From: Escherichia coli
Lineage (GTDB): Bacteria > Pseudomonadota > Gammaproteobacteria > Enterobacterales > Enterobacteriaceae
Direction: 5' to 3' (one strand)
Assembly: GCF_003018115.1 (NCBI RefSeq)
Contig: NZ_CP027457.1
Length of the DNA stretch: 64,000 bases
In this document: positions 13,224 to 25,584 of the stretch, one piece after another
How positions within the stretch are numbered: the first letter of the stretch is position 1
Layout: each line of letters begins with the position of its first letter
Position numbers and translations under genes: made by a program
Notes under the pieces: generated by a model
Database searches by the model: none
Told to the model about the DNA's origin: nothing
What the model saw: only the letters and a program-made list of their open reading frames with translations

Positions 13224-13598
13224 TGATGTGCCACATCCGGCATGGTATGCCGGATGTGGCGTATGCTGATAAGACGCGCCAGCGTCGCATCAGGCAACCG
13301 GCTCGGGCGTTGGATGTCGGATGCGGCGTAACCGCCTTATCCGACCTACGGGGTGGAGCACTTCACAGCGGTGTAGGCCTGATAAGACGCGTCAGCGTCG
13401 CATCAGGCAACCGGCTCGGACGTTGGATGTCGGATGCGGCGTAACCGCCTTATCCGACCTACGGGGTGGAGCACTTCACAGCGGTGTAGGCCTGATAAGA
13501 CGCGCCAGCGTCGCATCAGGCAACCGGCTCGGGCGTTAGATGTTGGATGCGGCGTAACCGCCTTATCCAACCTATGGGGTGCCGCACTTCACGGCAGT
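13224..13598. repeat. BIME cluster: about three tandem ~113-bp units of REP palindromes
   Basis: Near-identical blocks (GCCGGATGTGGCG.. / GCCTGATAAGACGCG(C/T)CAGCGTCGCATCAGGCAACCGGCTCGG..). ORF-track peptides repeat with a 113-bp offset (13321 vs 13434). Confidence 0.85.
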
Positions 13599-14087
13599 TT
13601 AGCGAACTTCCGCGTTGTTAATTTTCTCTTCTGCCTTCCAGACGCGGTATTTCACATCTACATTGTCTGGCGTATACACCACGATCGGCAGCTTGCTGTT
13701 GTAACGCAGCATTCCAGCATCGCCCAGATACGCGGTGACAAATTTCTTCTCTTTCTTGCCATCCGGGCAGGCCATCATCGTGGAAACCGGCGAGCTAACT
13801 TTATCAAAGACATAATAATCATAGCCCCAGCCTTCCAGCGTTTTGCTTTCCAGCTTCCCGCCGAGACGATGCAAATTGCAATCGACTTCCAGCGTCTGAC
13901 CGATTAACAGTTCTACTTTCAGGGTAGATTCATCTTCTTGCGGGGTTAACTGAATCACCTGACGCTTCATGCCTTTTTCAGCTTGTGGATAAGGCGCGAT
14001 TTTTTCCAGTGGCTGGACGCTCTCTGCCGCCCAGGCGGAAGTGGTGGCAAAAGCGGCAAACAATACTGCAGGTAGAATGGTCTTCAT
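13599..14087 (-). CDS. eco: Ecotin (periplasmic serine protease inhibitor)
   Basis: 162 aa with signal peptide [20 protein letters not shown]. Remembered ecotin sequence. Confidence 0.93.
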   Translation of the reverse strand: MKTILPAVLFAAFATTSAWAAESVQPLEKIAPYPQAEKGMKRQVIQLTPQEDESTLKVELLIGQTLEVDCNLHRLGGKLESKTLEGWGYDYYVFDKVSSPVSTMMACPDGKKEKKFVTAYLGDAGMLRYNSKLPIVVYTPDNVDVKYRVWKAEEKINNAEVR

Positions 14088-14345
14088 TTTTTGCTTTCCT
14101 TCTTCATTTATAGGTTTGCACCGATGATGTCGCTGAAGGTTAACATATTCATCAGATTTATTAATTTGCTTTATGAATAACTTAAAGAATATTCAGACAA
14201 TTTTACCTTCTCTTTTAGTGTTAAATTCTGATGAGAGAGCAAACCAGCAGAAATATCTCTGGTGAATTAATCGCTATATAAATATATTTATAACCATTTG
14301 AAATGTGAGCAAAAGCCCGTTTTTGCCACGCTTCCCGCCACTCTT

Positions 14346-14380
14346 TTGATCCTGCTACAGGTTTTACCTCGATCGGGGTA
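14346..14380 (+). promoter_or_regulatory. napF promoter control region: FNR-like half site plus NarP/NarL 7-2-7 site
   Basis: TTGATcctgCTACA (partial FNR consensus) followed by TACCTCG-AT-CGGGGTA (inverted heptamers), ~115-150 bp upstream of napF. Confidence 0.55.
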
Positions 14381-14493
14381 TGCATCTTTGACACATCCTT
14401 TAATATCTTAGCGGCTATAAAAATGGCTTATTAATTATGCGGTTTATTTGGTCGCTCTCAATTTTCAGAGCGCGTTAATGATGGAAGGTCAAT

Positions 14494-14988
14494 GTGAAGA
14501 TTGATGCATCCCGTCGGGGCATACTCACTGGTCGCTGGCGCAAAGCCAGTAACGGTATCCGTCCGCCCTGGTCCGGTGATGAATCTCATTTTCTGACCCA
14601 TTGCACCCGCTGCGACGCCTGTATTAATGCTTGTGAAAACAACATTCTGCAACGCGGCGCGGGCGGCTATCCGAGCGTTAATTTCAAAAATAACGAGTGC
14701 AGCTTCTGTTACGCCTGCGCGCAGGCTTGCCCCGAATCGCTATTTTCTCCGCGCCACACCAGGGCCTGGGATTTGCAGTTCACCATTGGGGACGCGTGCC
14801 TGGCGTATCAGTCAGTTGAATGCCGCCGCTGTCAGGATAGCTGTGAGCCAATGGCAATTATCTTTCGCCCGACGCTCTCCGGGATCTACCAGCCGCAACT
14901 TAATAGCCAACTTTGCAACGGATGTGGAGCATGTGCAGCCAGCTGTCCGGTATCAGCCATAACTGCGGAGTATCTCCATGCACACTAA
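14494..14988 (+). CDS. napF: Ferredoxin-type protein NapF
   Basis: 164 aa, GTG start, multiple CxxCxxCxxxC clusters. Confidence 0.92.
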   Translation: MKIDASRRGILTGRWRKASNGIRPPWSGDESHFLTHCTRCDACINACENNILQRGAGGYPSVNFKNNECSFCYACAQACPESLFSPRHTRAWDLQFTIGDACLAYQSVECRRCQDSCEPMAIIFRPTLSGIYQPQLNSQLCNGCGACAASCPVSAITAEYLHAH

Positions 14989-15241
14989 CTGGCAAGTTTG
15001 CAGCCTGGTCGTGCAGGCCAAAAGCGAACGAATTTCAGACATCAGCACCCAACTGAACGCCTTTCCCGGCTGTGAAGTTGCTGTCAGCGACGCGCCGAGC
15101 GGTCAGTTGATTGTGGTGGTGGAAGCAGAAGACAGCGAAACGCTGATCCAAACCATTGAGTCAGTACGCAACGTAGAGGGCGTGCTGGCGGTGTCGCTGG
15201 TTTATCACCAGCAGGAAGAGCAAGGTGAGGAAACACCATGA
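14978..15241 (+). CDS. napD: NapA chaperone NapD
   Basis: 87 aa, overlapping napF and napA. Confidence 0.9.
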   Translation: MHTNWQVCSLVVQAKSERISDISTQLNAFPGCEVAVSDAPSGQLIVVVEAEDSETLIQTIESVRNVEGVLAVSLVYHQQEEQGEETP

Positions 15242-17724
15242 AACTCAGTCGTCGTAGCTTTATGAAAGCTAACGCCGTTGCGGCCGCTGCGGCGGCTGCC
15301 GGTCTCAGCGTGCCGGGCGTTGCCCGCGCCGTTGTTGGTCAGCAGGAAGCCATTAAATGGGACAAAGCGCCGTGCCGTTTCTGCGGTACTGGTTGCGGCG
15401 TTCTGGTCGGAACGCAGCAGGGGCGTGTGGTGGCCTGTCAGGGCGACCCGGACGCACCGGTTAACCGTGGCCTGAACTGCATTAAGGGCTATTTCCTGCC
15501 CAAGATCATGTACGGTAAAGACCGTTTGACGCAGCCGCTGCTGCGTATGAAAAACGGTAAATATGACAAAGAAGGCGAATTTACCCCAATCACCTGGGAT
15601 CAAGCCTTTGATGTGATGGAAGAGAAATTCAAAACCGCCCTGAAAGAAAAAGGGCCGGAATCGATCGGTATGTTCGGTTCTGGTCAGTGGACTATCTGGG
15701 AAGGTTATGCCGCGTCCAAGCTGTTTAAAGCGGGCTTCCGTTCGAACAACATCGACCCGAACGCGCGTCACTGTATGGCGTCGGCAGTAGTTGGCTTTAT
15801 GCGTACCTTTGGTATGGATGAGCCGATGGGCTGCTATGACGACATCGAGCAGGCTGACGCGTTTGTGCTGTGGGGCGCAAACATGGCGGAGATGCACCCG
15901 ATCCTCTGGTCACGCATCACTAACCGTCGTCTCTCTAACCAGGACGTCACCGTGGCGGTGCTTTCAACCTACCAGCATCGTAGCTTCGAGCTGGCGGATA
16001 ACGGCATCATCTTTACGCCGCAATCTGACCTGGTGATCCTGAACTACATCGCCAACTATATCATTCAAAACAATGCGATAAATCAGGACTTCTTTAGCAA
16101 ACACGTTAACCTGCGCAAAGGGGCGACGGACATCGGCTACGGTTTACGTCCGACCCATCCGCTGGAAAAAGCAGCGAAGAATCCGGGTTCTGACGCCTCC
16201 GAACCGATGAGCTTTGAAGATTACAAAGCCTTCGTTGCTGAGTATACGCTGGAAAAAACCGCTGAAATGACTGGCGTACCAAAAGATCAGCTGGAACAAC
16301 TGGCGCAGCTGTATGCCGATCCGAACAAGAAAGTCATCTCCTACTGGACGATGGGCTTCAACCAGCATACCCGTGGCGTGTGGGCCAACAACCTGGTCTA
16401 CAACCTGCACCTGCTGACCGGCAAAATTTCCCAGCCGGGTTGCGGTCCGTTCTCCCTGACCGGGCAGCCTTCTGCGTGTGGTACAGCGCGTGAAGTGGGC
16501 ACCTTTGCTCACCGTCTGCCTGCGGACATGGTGGTGACCAACGAGAAACATCGTGATATCTGCGAGAAGAAGTGGAATATCCCGAGCGGTACCATTCCGG
16601 CGAAAATCGGTCTGCACGCGGTGGCACAAGACCGTGCGCTGAAAGACGGCAAGCTGAATGTTTACTGGACCATGTGTACCAACAACATGCAGGCCGGGCC
16701 GAACATTAATGAAGAGCGTATGCCGGGCTGGCGCGATCCGCGCAACTTCATCATCGTCTCCGATCCGTATCCGACAGTCAGTGCGCTGGCCGCCGACTTG
16801 ATCCTGCCGACCGCAATGTGGGTAGAGAAAGAGGGCGCTTACGGTAACGCCGAACGCCGTACTCAGTTCTGGCGTCAGCAGGTACAGGCACCGGGCGAAG
16901 CGAAATCGGATCTCTGGCAGTTAGTCCAGTTCTCCCGCCGCTTCAAAACTGAAGAAGTATGGCCGGAAGAGCTGCTGGCGAAGAAACCGGAACTGCGTGG
17001 CAAAACGCTGTACGAAGTTCTGTATGCCACCCCCGAAGTGAGCAAATTCCCGGTATCCGAACTGGCGGAAGATCAGCTGAACGATGAATCCCGCGAGCTG
17101 GGCTTCTATCTGCAAAAAGGGCTGTTCGAAGAGTACGCATGGTTTGGTCGCGGTCACGGTCACGATCTGGCACCGTTCGATGACTACCACAAAGCACGCG
17201 GTCTGCGCTGGCCGGTGGTGAACGGTAAAGAAACGCAGTGGCGTTACAGCGAAGGTAACGACCCGTACGTGAAAGCGGGCGAAGGCTATAAGTTCTACGG
17301 TAAACCGGATGGCAAAGCGGTGATCTTCGCACTGCCGTTCGAACCTGCGGCGGAAGCACCGGATGAAGAGTACGACCTGTGGCTCTCTACCGGACGCGTC
17401 CTGGAGCACTGGCACACCGGCAGTATGACTCGCCGTGTGCCGGAACTGCACCGCGCCTTCCCGGAAGCGGTCCTGTTTATTCACCCGCTGGATGCGAAAG
17501 CGCGCGATCTGCGCCGTGGCGACAAAGTGAAAGTGGTTTCTCGCCGTGGCGAAGTCATCTCGATTGTTGAAACGCGCGGTCGTAACCGTCCGCCACAGGG
17601 CCTGGTGTACATGCCGTTCTTCGACGCCGCACAGCTGGTTAACAAACTGACGCTGGACGCGACCGATCCGCTCTCGAAAGAGACGGACTTCAAGAAGTGC
17701 GCGGTCAAACTGGAGAAGGTGTAA
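15238..17724 (+). CDS. napA: Periplasmic nitrate reductase catalytic subunit NapA
   Basis: 828 aa. Tat signal ([19 protein letters not shown]) and CRFCGTGC 4Fe-4S motif. Molybdopterin oxidoreductase. Confidence 0.97.
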   Translation: MKLSRRSFMKANAVAAAAAAAGLSVPGVARAVVGQQEAIKWDKAPCRFCGTGCGVLVGTQQGRVVACQGDPDAPVNRGLNCIKGYFLPKIMYGKDRLTQPLLRMKNGKYDKEGEFTPITWDQAFDVMEEKFKTALKEKGPESIGMFGSGQWTIWEGYAASKLFKAGFRSNNIDPNARHCMASAVVGFMRTFGMDEPMGCYDDIEQADAFVLWGANMAEMHPILWSRITNRRLSNQDVTVAVLSTYQHRSFELADNGIIFTPQSDLVILNYIANYIIQNNAINQDFFSKHVNLRKGATDIGYGLRPTHPLEKAAKNPGSDASEPMSFEDYKAFVAEYTLEKTAEMTGVPKDQLEQLAQLYADPNKKVISYWTMGFNQHTRGVWANNLVYNLHLLTGKISQPGCGPFSLTGQPSACGTAREVGTFAHRLPADMVVTNEKHRDICEKKWNIPSGTIPAKIGLHAVAQDRALKDGKLNVYWTMCTNNMQAGPNINEERMPGWRDPRNFIIVSDPYPTVSALAADLILPTAMWVEKEGAYGNAERRTQFWRQQVQAPGEAKSDLWQLVQFSRRFKTEEVWPEELLAKKPELRGKTLYEVLYATPEVSKFPVSELAEDQLNDESRELGFYLQKGLFEEYAWFGRGHGHDLAPFDDYHKARGLRWPVVNGKETQWRYSEGNDPYVKAGEGYKFYGKPDGKAVIFALPFEPAAEAPDEEYDLWLSTGRVLEHWHTGSMTRRVPELHRAFPEAVLFIHPLDAKARDLRRGDKVKVVSRRGEVISIVETRGRNRPPQGLVYMPFFDAAQLVNKLTLDATDPLSKETDFKKCAVKLEKV

Positions 17725-17730
17725 GCCATT

Positions 17731-18426
17731 ATGTCCCGGTCAGCGAAACCTCAAAATGGTCGCCGCCGCTTTCTGCGCGATGTCGTTCGCACAGCAGGCG
17801 GGCTGGCTGCCGTGGGTGTGGCGCTGGGGTTACAACAGCAAACCGCACGCGCATCTGGCGTGCGGTTGCGCCCGCCCGGAGCCATAAACGAGAACGCCTT
17901 TGCCAGTGCCTGTGTGCGTTGTGGTCAGTGTGTTCAGGCTTGCCCTTACGACACCTTAAAACTGGCGACGCTGGCCTCTGGTCTGTCGGCGGGCACGCCA
18001 TATTTTGTCGCACGGGATATTCCTTGCGAAATGTGTGAGGACATTCCGTGCGCCAAAGTGTGCCCGAGCGGTGCGCTGGATCGTGAGATCGAATCGATCG
18101 ACGACGCGCGGATGGGCTTGGCGGTACTGGTAGACCAGGAAAACTGTCTCAACTTTCAGGGGCTGCGCTGCGATGTTTGTTATCGCGAATGCCCGAAAAT
18201 TGATGAGGCCATCACCCTGGAGCTGGAGCGCAACACGCGTACCGGTAAGCACGCCCGCTTTCTGCCGACAGTTCACAGCGACGCCTGTACCGGCTGCGGT
18301 AAGTGCGAAAAAGTGTGCGTGCTGGAACAACCGGCAATCAAGGTGTTACCGTTGTCACTGGCGAAAGGGGAGTTAGGTCACCATTACCGCTTCGGCTGGC
18401 TGGAGGGGAACAATGGCAAATCGTAA
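17731..18426 (+). CDS. napG: Ferredoxin-type protein NapG
   Basis: 231 aa. Tat-like signal (GRRRFLRD) and four Cys clusters. Confidence 0.93.
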
Positions 18427-19276
18427 ACGTGACGCCGGGCGCGAGGCGCTGGAGAAAAAAGGCTGGTGGCGCAGTCACCGTTGGCTGGTGTTACGTCGCC
18501 TTTGTCAGTTCTTCGTGCTGGGGATGTTTTTGAGCGGTCCGTGGTTTGGTGTGTGGATCTTGCACGGCAACTACAGCAGTAGCCTGTTATTCGACACCGT
18601 TCCGCTGACCGATCCGCTGATGACGCTGCAAAGTCTTGCCAGTGGTCATCTGCCTGCCACGGTGGCGTTGACCGGTGCGGTGATTATCACCGTGCTCTAC
18701 GCCCTGGCGGGAAAGCGATTATTTTGCAGCTGGGTCTGCCCGCTGAACCCGATTACCGACTTAGCGAACTGGTTACGCAGGCGCTTTGACCTCAATCAGT
18801 CTGCGACGATCCCTCGCCACATTCGCTACGTGCTGTTGGTGGTCATTCTGGTGGGATCGGCCTTAACTGGCACGCTCATCTGGGAATGGATCAACCCCGT
18901 TTCCCTGATGGGGCGTAGCCTGGTAATGGGCTTCGGCAGCGGCGCGCTGCTTATTCTCGCGCTGTTTTTATTTGATCTACTGGTCGTTGAACACGGCTGG
19001 TGCGGGCACATTTGTCCGGTTGGCGCGCTGTATGGCGTGCTGGGTAGCAAAGGTGTGATTACCGTTGCGGCCAGCGATCGGCAGAAATGTAACCGCTGTA
19101 TGGATTGTTTTCATGTTTGCCCGGAACCGCATGTGCTACGTGCCCCGGTGCTGGATGAACAAAGCCCGGTGCAGGTCACCAGCCGCGATTGCATGACGTG
19201 CGGTCGCTGCGTGGATGTCTGTTCTGAGGATGTATTTACAATAACTACACGATGGAGTTCGGGAGCGAAATCATGA
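18413..19276 (+). CDS. napH: Membrane ferredoxin-type protein NapH
   Basis: 287 aa. TM helices plus C-terminal CxxCxxCxxxC motifs. Confidence 0.93.
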
Positions 19277-19722
19277 AAAGCCATGACCTGAAGAAAGCGC
19301 TGTGTCAATGGACGGCGATGCTGGCCCTGGTGGTAAGCGGCGCGGTTTGGGCGGCTAATGGCGTCGATTTTAGCCAGTCGCCGGAAGTATCCGGGACGCA
19401 GGAAGGGGCCATTCGGATGCCAAAAGAGCAGGATCGGATGCCGCTGAACTATGTGAATCAGCCGCCAATGATCCCGCATAGCGTTGAAGGTTATCAGGTA
19501 ACGACCAATACCAACCGCTGCTTGCAGTGCCACGGTGTCGAAAGCTATCGCACCACTGGCGCGCCGCGTATCAGTCCTACTCACTTTATGGACAGCGACG
19601 GCAAAGTGGGCGCAGAAGTGGCTCCGCGTCGTTATTTCTGTCTGCAATGTCACGTACCGCAGGCCGATACCGCGCCAATCGTGGGGAATACCTTTACCCC
19701 ATCAAAAGGTTACGGGAAATAA
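19273..19722 (+). CDS. napB: Diheme cytochrome c NapB (149 aa)
   Basis: The internal Met [13 protein letters not shown] matches remembered NapB. Two CxxCH motifs (CLQCH twice). ATGA overlap with napH. Confidence 0.92.
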   Translation: MKSHDLKKALCQWTAMLALVVSGAVWAANGVDFSQSPEVSGTQEGAIRMPKEQDRMPLNYVNQPPMIPHSVEGYQVTTNTNRCLQCHGVESYRTTGAPRISPTHFMDSDGKVGAEVAPRRYFCLQCHVPQADTAPIVGNTFTPSKGYGK

Positions 19723-19731
19723 GAGGTTATT

Positions 19732-20334
19732 ATGGGAAATTCTGACCGTAAGCCTGGTCTGATTAAGCGCCTGTGGAAATGGTGGCGTACCCCCAGCCGT
19801 CTGGCGCTGGGGACGCTGCTGTTGATCGGTTTTGTTGGCGGCATCGTCTTCTGGGGTGGTTTTAACACCGGGATGGAAAAAGCCAATACCGAAGAGTTCT
19901 GCATTAGCTGCCACGAAATGCGCAACACGGTGTATCAGGAATACATGGATTCCGTGCACTACAACAACCGTAGCGGCGTCCGTGCGACCTGTCCGGATTG
20001 TCACGTTCCGCACGAGTTTGTGCCGAAGATGATACGCAAGCTCAAAGCAAGTAAAGAGCTGTATGGTAAAATTTTTGGCGTTATTGACACGCCGCAGAAA
20101 TTTGAAGCTCATCGTCTGACGATGGCACAGAATGAGTGGCGGCGCATGAAGGACAATAACTCGCAGGAGTGCCGTAACTGTCACAACTTCGAGTATATGG
20201 ATACAACCGCCCAGAAATCGGTTGCCGCGAAGATGCATGACCAGGCGGTGAAAGATGGGCAAACCTGTATTGATTGCCATAAAGGGATAGCGCACAAGCT
20301 GCCCGATATGCGTGAAGTCGAGCCAGGTTTTTAA
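19732..20334 (+). CDS. napC: Tetraheme cytochrome c NapC
   Basis: 200 aa. Four CxxCH motifs (CISCH, CPDCH, CRNCH, CIDCH). Confidence 0.95.
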   Translation: MGNSDRKPGLIKRLWKWWRTPSRLALGTLLLIGFVGGIVFWGGFNTGMEKANTEEFCISCHEMRNTVYQEYMDSVHYNNRSGVRATCPDCHVPHEFVPKMIRKLKASKELYGKIFGVIDTPQKFEAHRLTMAQNEWRRMKDNNSQECRNCHNFEYMDTTAQKSVAAKMHDQAVKDGQTCIDCHKGIAHKLPDMREVEPGF

Positions 20335-20346
20335 CAGGGTTATTGC

Positions 20347-20970
20347 GTGGGTATGCTTGAAGCCAGAGAGTTACTTTGTGAGCGGGATGAACGAACCTTA
20401 TTTAGTGGCTTGTCATTTACGCTGAACGCAGGAGAGTGGGTACAAATCACCGGTAGCAACGGCGCGGGGAAGACAACGCTTCTCCGTTTGCTGACGGGGT
20501 TGTCTCGCCCTGACGCTGGCGAGGTTCTCTGGCAAGGGCAGCCCTTGCATCAGGTACGCGACAGCTACCATCAAAACCTGTTATGGATAGGCCATCAGCC
20601 GGGGATCAAAACCCGGCTGACGGCGTTAGAAAATCTGCACTTTTATCATCGCGATGGCGATACCGCACAATGTCTGGAAGCCCTGGCGCAGGCCGGGCTT
20701 GCCGGATTCGAAGATATTCCGGTAAATCAACTTTCTGCCGGGCAACAACGCCGCGTTGCTTTAGCGCGTCTGTGGCTGGCCCGTGCCACGTTATGGATCC
20801 TCGACGAGCCTTTTACCGCGATTGACGTCAACGGCGTCGATCGTCTGACCCAGCGTATGGCGCAGCATACGGAGCAGGGGGGGATTGTGATTCTGACTAC
20901 CCACCAGCCGCTCAACGTTGCTGAAAGTAAAATTCGCCGCATTTCACTGACGCAAACGAGGGCCGCATGA
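20347..20970 (+). CDS. ccmA: Heme exporter ATPase CcmA
   Basis: 207 aa. Walker [10 protein letters not shown] and signature LSAGQQRR. Confidence 0.93.
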   Translation: MGMLEARELLCERDERTLFSGLSFTLNAGEWVQITGSNGAGKTTLLRLLTGLSRPDAGEVLWQGQPLHQVRDSYHQNLLWIGHQPGIKTRLTALENLHFYHRDGDTAQCLEALAQAGLAGFEDIPVNQLSAGQQRRVALARLWLARATLWILDEPFTAIDVNGVDRLTQRMAQHTEQGGIVILTTHQPLNVAESKIRRISLTQTRAA

Positions 20971-21629
20971 TGTTCTGGCGCATTTTCCGTCTTGAGCTGC
21001 GCGTAGCGTTTCGCCATAGCGCCGAAATCGCCAACCCGCTGTGGTTCTTCCTGATTGTAATTACCCTTTTTCCGCTCAGTATCGGTCCGGAGCCGCAACT
21101 GCTGGCGCGTATTGCACCGGGCATTATCTGGGTTGCAGCGCTGCTTTCATCCTTGCTGGCGCTGGAACGACTGTTCCGTGACGATTTGCAGGACGGCAGT
21201 CTTGAACAATTGATGTTGTTGCCGTTACCCTTGCCCGCCGTTGTGCTGGCGAAGGTGATGGCGCACTGGATGGTAACCGGTCTGCCGTTACTCATCCTTT
21301 CGCCACTGGTAGCAATGCTACTGGGAATGGATGTTTATGGCTGGCAAGTGATGGCGCTGACGCTGCTGCTGGGAACGCCTACGCTTGGCTTTCTCGGTGC
21401 ACCGGGCGTGGCGCTGACTGTGGGACTTAAGCGCGGTGGTGTGCTGCTCAGCATACTGGTGTTACCGCTGACTATCCCATTACTCATCTTTGCCACCGCC
21501 GCGATGGACGCGGCTTCCATGCATTTGCCTGTTGACGGGTATCTGGCAATTTTAGGCGCGTTGCTGGCAGGCACCGCGACATTAAGTCCTTTTGCGACGG
21601 CGGCAGCGTTACGAATCAGCATTCAATAA
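20967..21629 (+). CDS. ccmB: Heme exporter permease CcmB
   Basis: 220 aa polytopic membrane protein; overlaps the ccmA stop. Confidence 0.93.
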
Positions 21630-21670
21630 CGCTGGATTACTGATTTTTGTTCGAGTCTGGTATCGAAACT

Positions 21671-22408
21671 ATGTGGAAAACACTGCATCAACTGGCGATC
21701 CCACCACGGCTGTATCAAATCTGTGGCTGGTTTATACCGTGGCTGGCAATTGCCAGTGTGGTCGTGCTTACCGTCGGCTGGATCTGGGGATTCGGCTTTG
21801 CTCCGGCTGATTATCAGCAGGGAAATAGCTACCGCATTATCTACCTGCATGTGCCTGCGGCGATCTGGTCGATGGGCATTTATGCATCAATGGCAGTGGC
21901 AGCGTTTATTGGCCTTGTCTGGCAGATGAAAATGGCCAACCTGGCGGTGGCGGCGATGGCCCCCATTGGTGCCGTGTTTACCTTTATTGCCCTGGTTACC
22001 GGCTCTGCATGGGGAAAACCGATGTGGGGCACCTGGTGGGTATGGGATGCACGTCTGACTTCTGAACTGGTGCTGCTGTTTCTGTATGTTGGTGTGATTG
22101 CCCTGTGGCACGCCTTCGACGACCGCCGTCTGGCGGGCCGTGCGGCAGGTATCCTGGTGCTGATTGGCGTGGTGAATCTGCCGATTATTCATTACTCCGT
22201 GGAGTGGTGGAACACCCTGCATCAGGGATCAACGCGGATGCAGCAAAGTATCGATCCGGCGATGCGTTCGCCGCTGCGCTGGTCGATTTTTGGCTTCCTG
22301 CTCCTGTCTGCCACGCTGACGCTGATGCGGATGCGTAATTTGATTTTGCTGATGGAAAAACGCCGTCCGTGGGTGAGTGAACTGATACTGAAAAGAGGCC
22401 GTAAATGA
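21671..22408 (+). CDS. ccmC: Heme exporter protein CcmC (245 aa)
   Basis: Internal Met MWKTLHQLAIPPRLYQ. WGxxWxWD tryptophan-rich motif (WGKPMWGTWWVWDARL). Confidence 0.93.
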   Translation: MWKTLHQLAIPPRLYQICGWFIPWLAIASVVVLTVGWIWGFGFAPADYQQGNSYRIIYLHVPAAIWSMGIYASMAVAAFIGLVWQMKMANLAVAAMAPIGAVFTFIALVTGSAWGKPMWGTWWVWDARLTSELVLLFLYVGVIALWHAFDDRRLAGRAAGILVLIGVVNLPIIHYSVEWWNTLHQGSTRMQQSIDPAMRSPLRWSIFGFLLLSATLTLMRMRNLILLMEKRRPWVSELILKRGRK

Positions 22409-22614
22409 CCCCTGCATTTGCTTCCTGGAATGAATTTTTCGCAATGGGCGGTTATGCCTTTTTTGTCTGGCTGGCGGTGGTGATGACCGTTATTCCGCTG
22501 GTGGTTTTGGTCGTGCACTCGGTGATGCAACATCGCGCAATTCTGCGTGGCGTGGCGCAACAGCGGGCGCGTGAGGCGCGTTTACGTGCTGCGCAACAGC
22601 AGGAGGCTGCATGA
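22405..22614 (+). CDS. ccmD: Heme exporter protein CcmD
   Basis: 69 aa single-TM protein coupled to ccmC and ccmE. Confidence 0.9.
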   Translation: MTPAFASWNEFFAMGGYAFFVWLAVVMTVIPLVVLVVHSVMQHRAILRGVAQQRAREARLRAAQQQEAA

Positions 22615-23090
22615 ATATTCGCCGTAAAAACCGCTTGTGGATTGCCTGTGCCGTGTTGGCAGGGCTGGTGCTGACTATCGGTCTGGTGCTATATGCGCTG
22701 CGCTCGAATATCGATCTCTTTTATACGCCGGGGGAAATTCTCTACGGCAAGCGTGAAACTCAGCAAATGCCGGAAGTCGGTCAGCGTCTGCGCGTTGGCG
22801 GGATGGTGATGCCGGGTAGTGTGCAGCGCGATCCAAATTCGCTGAAAGTGACCTTCACCATTTACGACGCTGAAGGCTCAGTGGATGTCTCTTACGAAGG
22901 CATTTTGCCGGATCTGTTCCGTGAAGGGCAGGGCGTTGTGGTGCAGGGCGAGCTGGAAAAAGGCAATCATATCCTCGCGAAAGAAGTGCTGGCGAAACAC
23001 GACGAAAACTACACGCCGCCAGAAGTTGAGAAAGCGATGGAAGCTAACCACCGTCGCCCGGCGAGTGTTTATAAGGACCCAGCATCATGA
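22611..23090 (+). CDS. ccmE: Heme chaperone CcmE
   Basis: 159 aa with the [13 protein letters not shown] heme-binding His region. Confidence 0.95.
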   Translation: MNIRRKNRLWIACAVLAGLVLTIGLVLYALRSNIDLFYTPGEILYGKRETQQMPEVGQRLRVGGMVMPGSVQRDPNSLKVTFTIYDAEGSVDVSYEGILPDLFREGQGVVVQGELEKGNHILAKEVLAKHDENYTPPEVEKAMEANHRRPASVYKDPAS

Positions 23091-25030
23091 TGCCGGAAAT
23101 TGGAAACGGGCTGCTGTGCCTGGCGTTAGGGATTGCGCTGCTGCTGTCCGTGTATCCGCTATGGGGCGTGGCGCGCGGAGATGCGCGCATGATGGCGTCT
23201 TCCCGCTTGTTTGCCTGGCTGCTGTTTATGTCTGTGGCTGGCGCATTTCTGGTGCTGGTCAATGCTTTCGTGGTCAACGACTTTACCGTCACCTATGTTG
23301 CCAGCAACTCCAATACCCAGCTTCCGGTGTGGTATCGCGTGGCGGCTACCTGGGGCGCACATGAAGGCTCACTGCTGCTGTGGGTGCTGCTGATGAGCGG
23401 CTGGACCTTTGCGGTGGCGATTTTTAGTCAGCGTATTCCGCTGGATATTGTGGCCCGCGTACTGGCGATAATGGGGATGGTCAGCGTCGGCTTTTTGCTG
23501 TTCATTCTCTTTACCTCTAACCCATTCTCACGCACGCTGCCGAACTTCCCGATTGAAGGGCGCGATCTTAACCCGCTGTTACAGGATCCGGGGCTGATCT
23601 TCCATCCGCCTCTGCTCTATATGGGGTACGTGGGTTTCTCGGTGGCGTTTGCTTTTGCCATTGCTTCTTTGCTGAGCGGGCGTCTGGACAGCACTTATGC
23701 GCGTTTTACTCGCCCGTGGACGCTGGCGGCGTGGATTTTCCTGACGCTCGGCATTGTGCTCGGTTCCGCATGGGCCTATTACGAACTCGGCTGGGGTGGC
23801 TGGTGGTTCTGGGATCCGGTAGAAAACGCCTCGTTTATGCCGTGGCTGGTGGGGACTGCGCTGATGCACTCACTGGCGGTCACTGAACAACGCGCCAGCT
23901 TCAAAGCGTGGACATTACTGCTGGCAATCAGTGCCTTCTCGTTGTGTCTGCTAGGGACTTTCCTGGTGCGTTCCGGCGTGCTGGTATCGGTACACGCGTT
24001 TGCCTCTGATCCGGCACGCGGTATGTTTATCCTCGCCTTTATGGTACTGGTGATTGGTGGTTCGCTGCTGCTGTTTGCCGCGCGTGGACACAAAGTTCGC
24101 TCACGCGTAAACAATGCGCTGTGGTCGCGGGAATCTCTGCTGTTAGCGAACAACGTTTTGCTGGTCGCCGCGATGCTGGTGGTATTACTGGGGACGCTGC
24201 TGCCGCTGGTGCACAAGCAACTGGGACTGGGCAGTATTTCGATTGGCGAACCGTTCTTCAACACCATGTTTACCTGGCTGATGGTGCCGTTTGCGCTGCT
24301 GCTTGGTGTCGGTCCTCTGGTGCGCTGGGGGCGCGATCGCCCACGTAAAATCCGCAATTTATTGATTATCGCCTTCATCTCAACGCTGGTGCTGTCTCTG
24401 CTGTTGCCGTGGCTGTTCGAAAGCAAAGTGGTGGCGATGACGGTGCTCGGCCTGGCAATGGCCTGCTGGATTGCGGTGCTGGCAATTGCGGAAGCTGCGC
24501 TACGTATTTCACGCGGCACGAAAACCACCTTCAGTTATTGGGGGATGGTGGCGGCTCACCTGGGGCTGGCAGTGACAATTGTTGGCATTGCCTTTAGCCA
24601 GAATTATAGCGTTGAGCGTGATGTGCGCATGAAGTCCGGCGATAGCGTCGATATTCATGAATATCGCTTCACCTTCCGTGATGTCAAAGAGGTGACTGGC
24701 CCGAACTGGCGCGGCGGTGTGGCGACTATTGGCGTAACGCGAGAGGGTAAACCGGAAACGGTGCTGTATGCGGAAAAACGTTATTACAACACTGCCGGGT
24801 CGATGATGACCGAAGCGGCAATTGACGGCGGCATCACGCGTGACCTGTACGCCGCGCTCGGTGAAGAGCTGGAAAACGGCGCGTGGGCTGTGCGTCTTTA
24901 CTACAAACCGTTTGTTCGCTGGATTTGGGCGGGCGGGCTGATGATGGCGTTGGGCGGACTGCTGTGTCTGTTTGATCCTCGCTATCGTAAGCGCGTGAGC
25001 CCGCAAAAAACTGCGCCGGAGGCTGTATGA
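23087..25030 (+). CDS. ccmF: Cytochrome c heme lyase subunit CcmF
   Basis: 647 aa polytopic protein with [12 protein letters not shown] motif. Confidence 0.95.
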   Translation: MMPEIGNGLLCLALGIALLLSVYPLWGVARGDARMMASSRLFAWLLFMSVAGAFLVLVNAFVVNDFTVTYVASNSNTQLPVWYRVAATWGAHEGSLLLWVLLMSGWTFAVAIFSQRIPLDIVARVLAIMGMVSVGFLLFILFTSNPFSRTLPNFPIEGRDLNPLLQDPGLIFHPPLLYMGYVGFSVAFAFAIASLLSGRLDSTYARFTRPWTLAAWIFLTLGIVLGSAWAYYELGWGGWWFWDPVENASFMPWLVGTALMHSLAVTEQRASFKAWTLLLAISAFSLCLLGTFLVRSGVLVSVHAFASDPARGMFILAFMVLVIGGSLLLFAARGHKVRSRVNNALWSRESLLLANNVLLVAAMLVVLLGTLLPLVHKQLGLGSISIGEPFFNTMFTWLMVPFALLLGVGPLVRWGRDRPRKIRNLLIIAFISTLVLSLLLPWLFESKVVAMTVLGLAMACWIAVLAIAEAALRISRGTKTTFSYWGMVAAHLGLAVTIVGIAFSQNYSVERDVRMKSGDSVDIHEYRFTFRDVKEVTGPNWRGGVATIGVTREGKPETVLYAEKRYYNTAGSMMTEAAIDGGITRDLYAALGEELENGAWAVRLYYKPFVRWIWAGGLMMALGGLLCLFDPRYRKRVSPQKTAPEAV

Positions 25031-25584
25031 AGCGCAAAGTATTGTTAATTCCGTTGATTATCTTCCTGGCGATTGCCGCGGCGCTGCTGTGGCAGCTGGC
25101 GCGTAATGCCGAAGGGGATGATCCGACCAATCTGGAATCGGCGCTCATTGGCAAGCCTGTGCCGAAGTTTCGTCTCGAATCACTGGACAATCCGGGGCAG
25201 TTTTATCAGGCGGATGTGCTGACTCAGGGCAAACCTGTGCTGCTTAACGTCTGGGCGACCTGGTGTCCGACCTGCCGTGCGGAACATCAATATCTGAATC
25301 AGCTTTCTGCGCAGGGCATCCGCGTGGTCGGCATGAACTATAAAGACGATCGCCAGAAGGCAATCAGCTGGCTGAAAGAGCTGGGCAATCCTTACGCGCT
25401 AAGCCTGTTTGATGGCGACGGCATGTTAGGGCTGGATCTCGGTGTCTATGGCGCGCCAGAAACGTTTCTTATTGACGGCAACGGTATCATTCGCTATCGC
25501 CATGCGGGCGATCTGAATCCTCGCGTCTGGGAAGAAGAGATCAAGCCGCTGTGGGAGAAATACAGTAAGGAGGCCGCACAATGA
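25027..25584 (+). CDS. ccmG: Thiol:disulfide interchange protein CcmG/DsbE
   Basis: 185 aa with WCPTC active site. Confidence 0.95.
   Translation: MKRKVLLIPLIIFLAIAAALLWQLARNAEGDDPTNLESALIGKPVPKFRLESLDNPGQFYQADVLTQGKPVLLNVWATWCPTCRAEHQYLNQLSAQGIRVVGMNYKDDRQKAISWLKELGNPYALSLFDGDGMLGLDLGVYGAPETFLIDGNGIIRYRHAGDLNPRVWEEEIKPLWEKYSKEAAQ

Noticed and set aside
15205-15897. 230-aa minus-strand ORF inside napA, with similar long antisense ORFs inside ccmF (23779..24528), yejK (44257..44787), the island capsid and ATPase genes, and opposite yeiP (61813..62445)
   Set aside because: All lie entirely antisense to, or out of frame with, strongly supported genes. They lack SDs and show the Arg/His/Gln-rich composition typical of antisense frames of GC-balanced E. 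coli genes.
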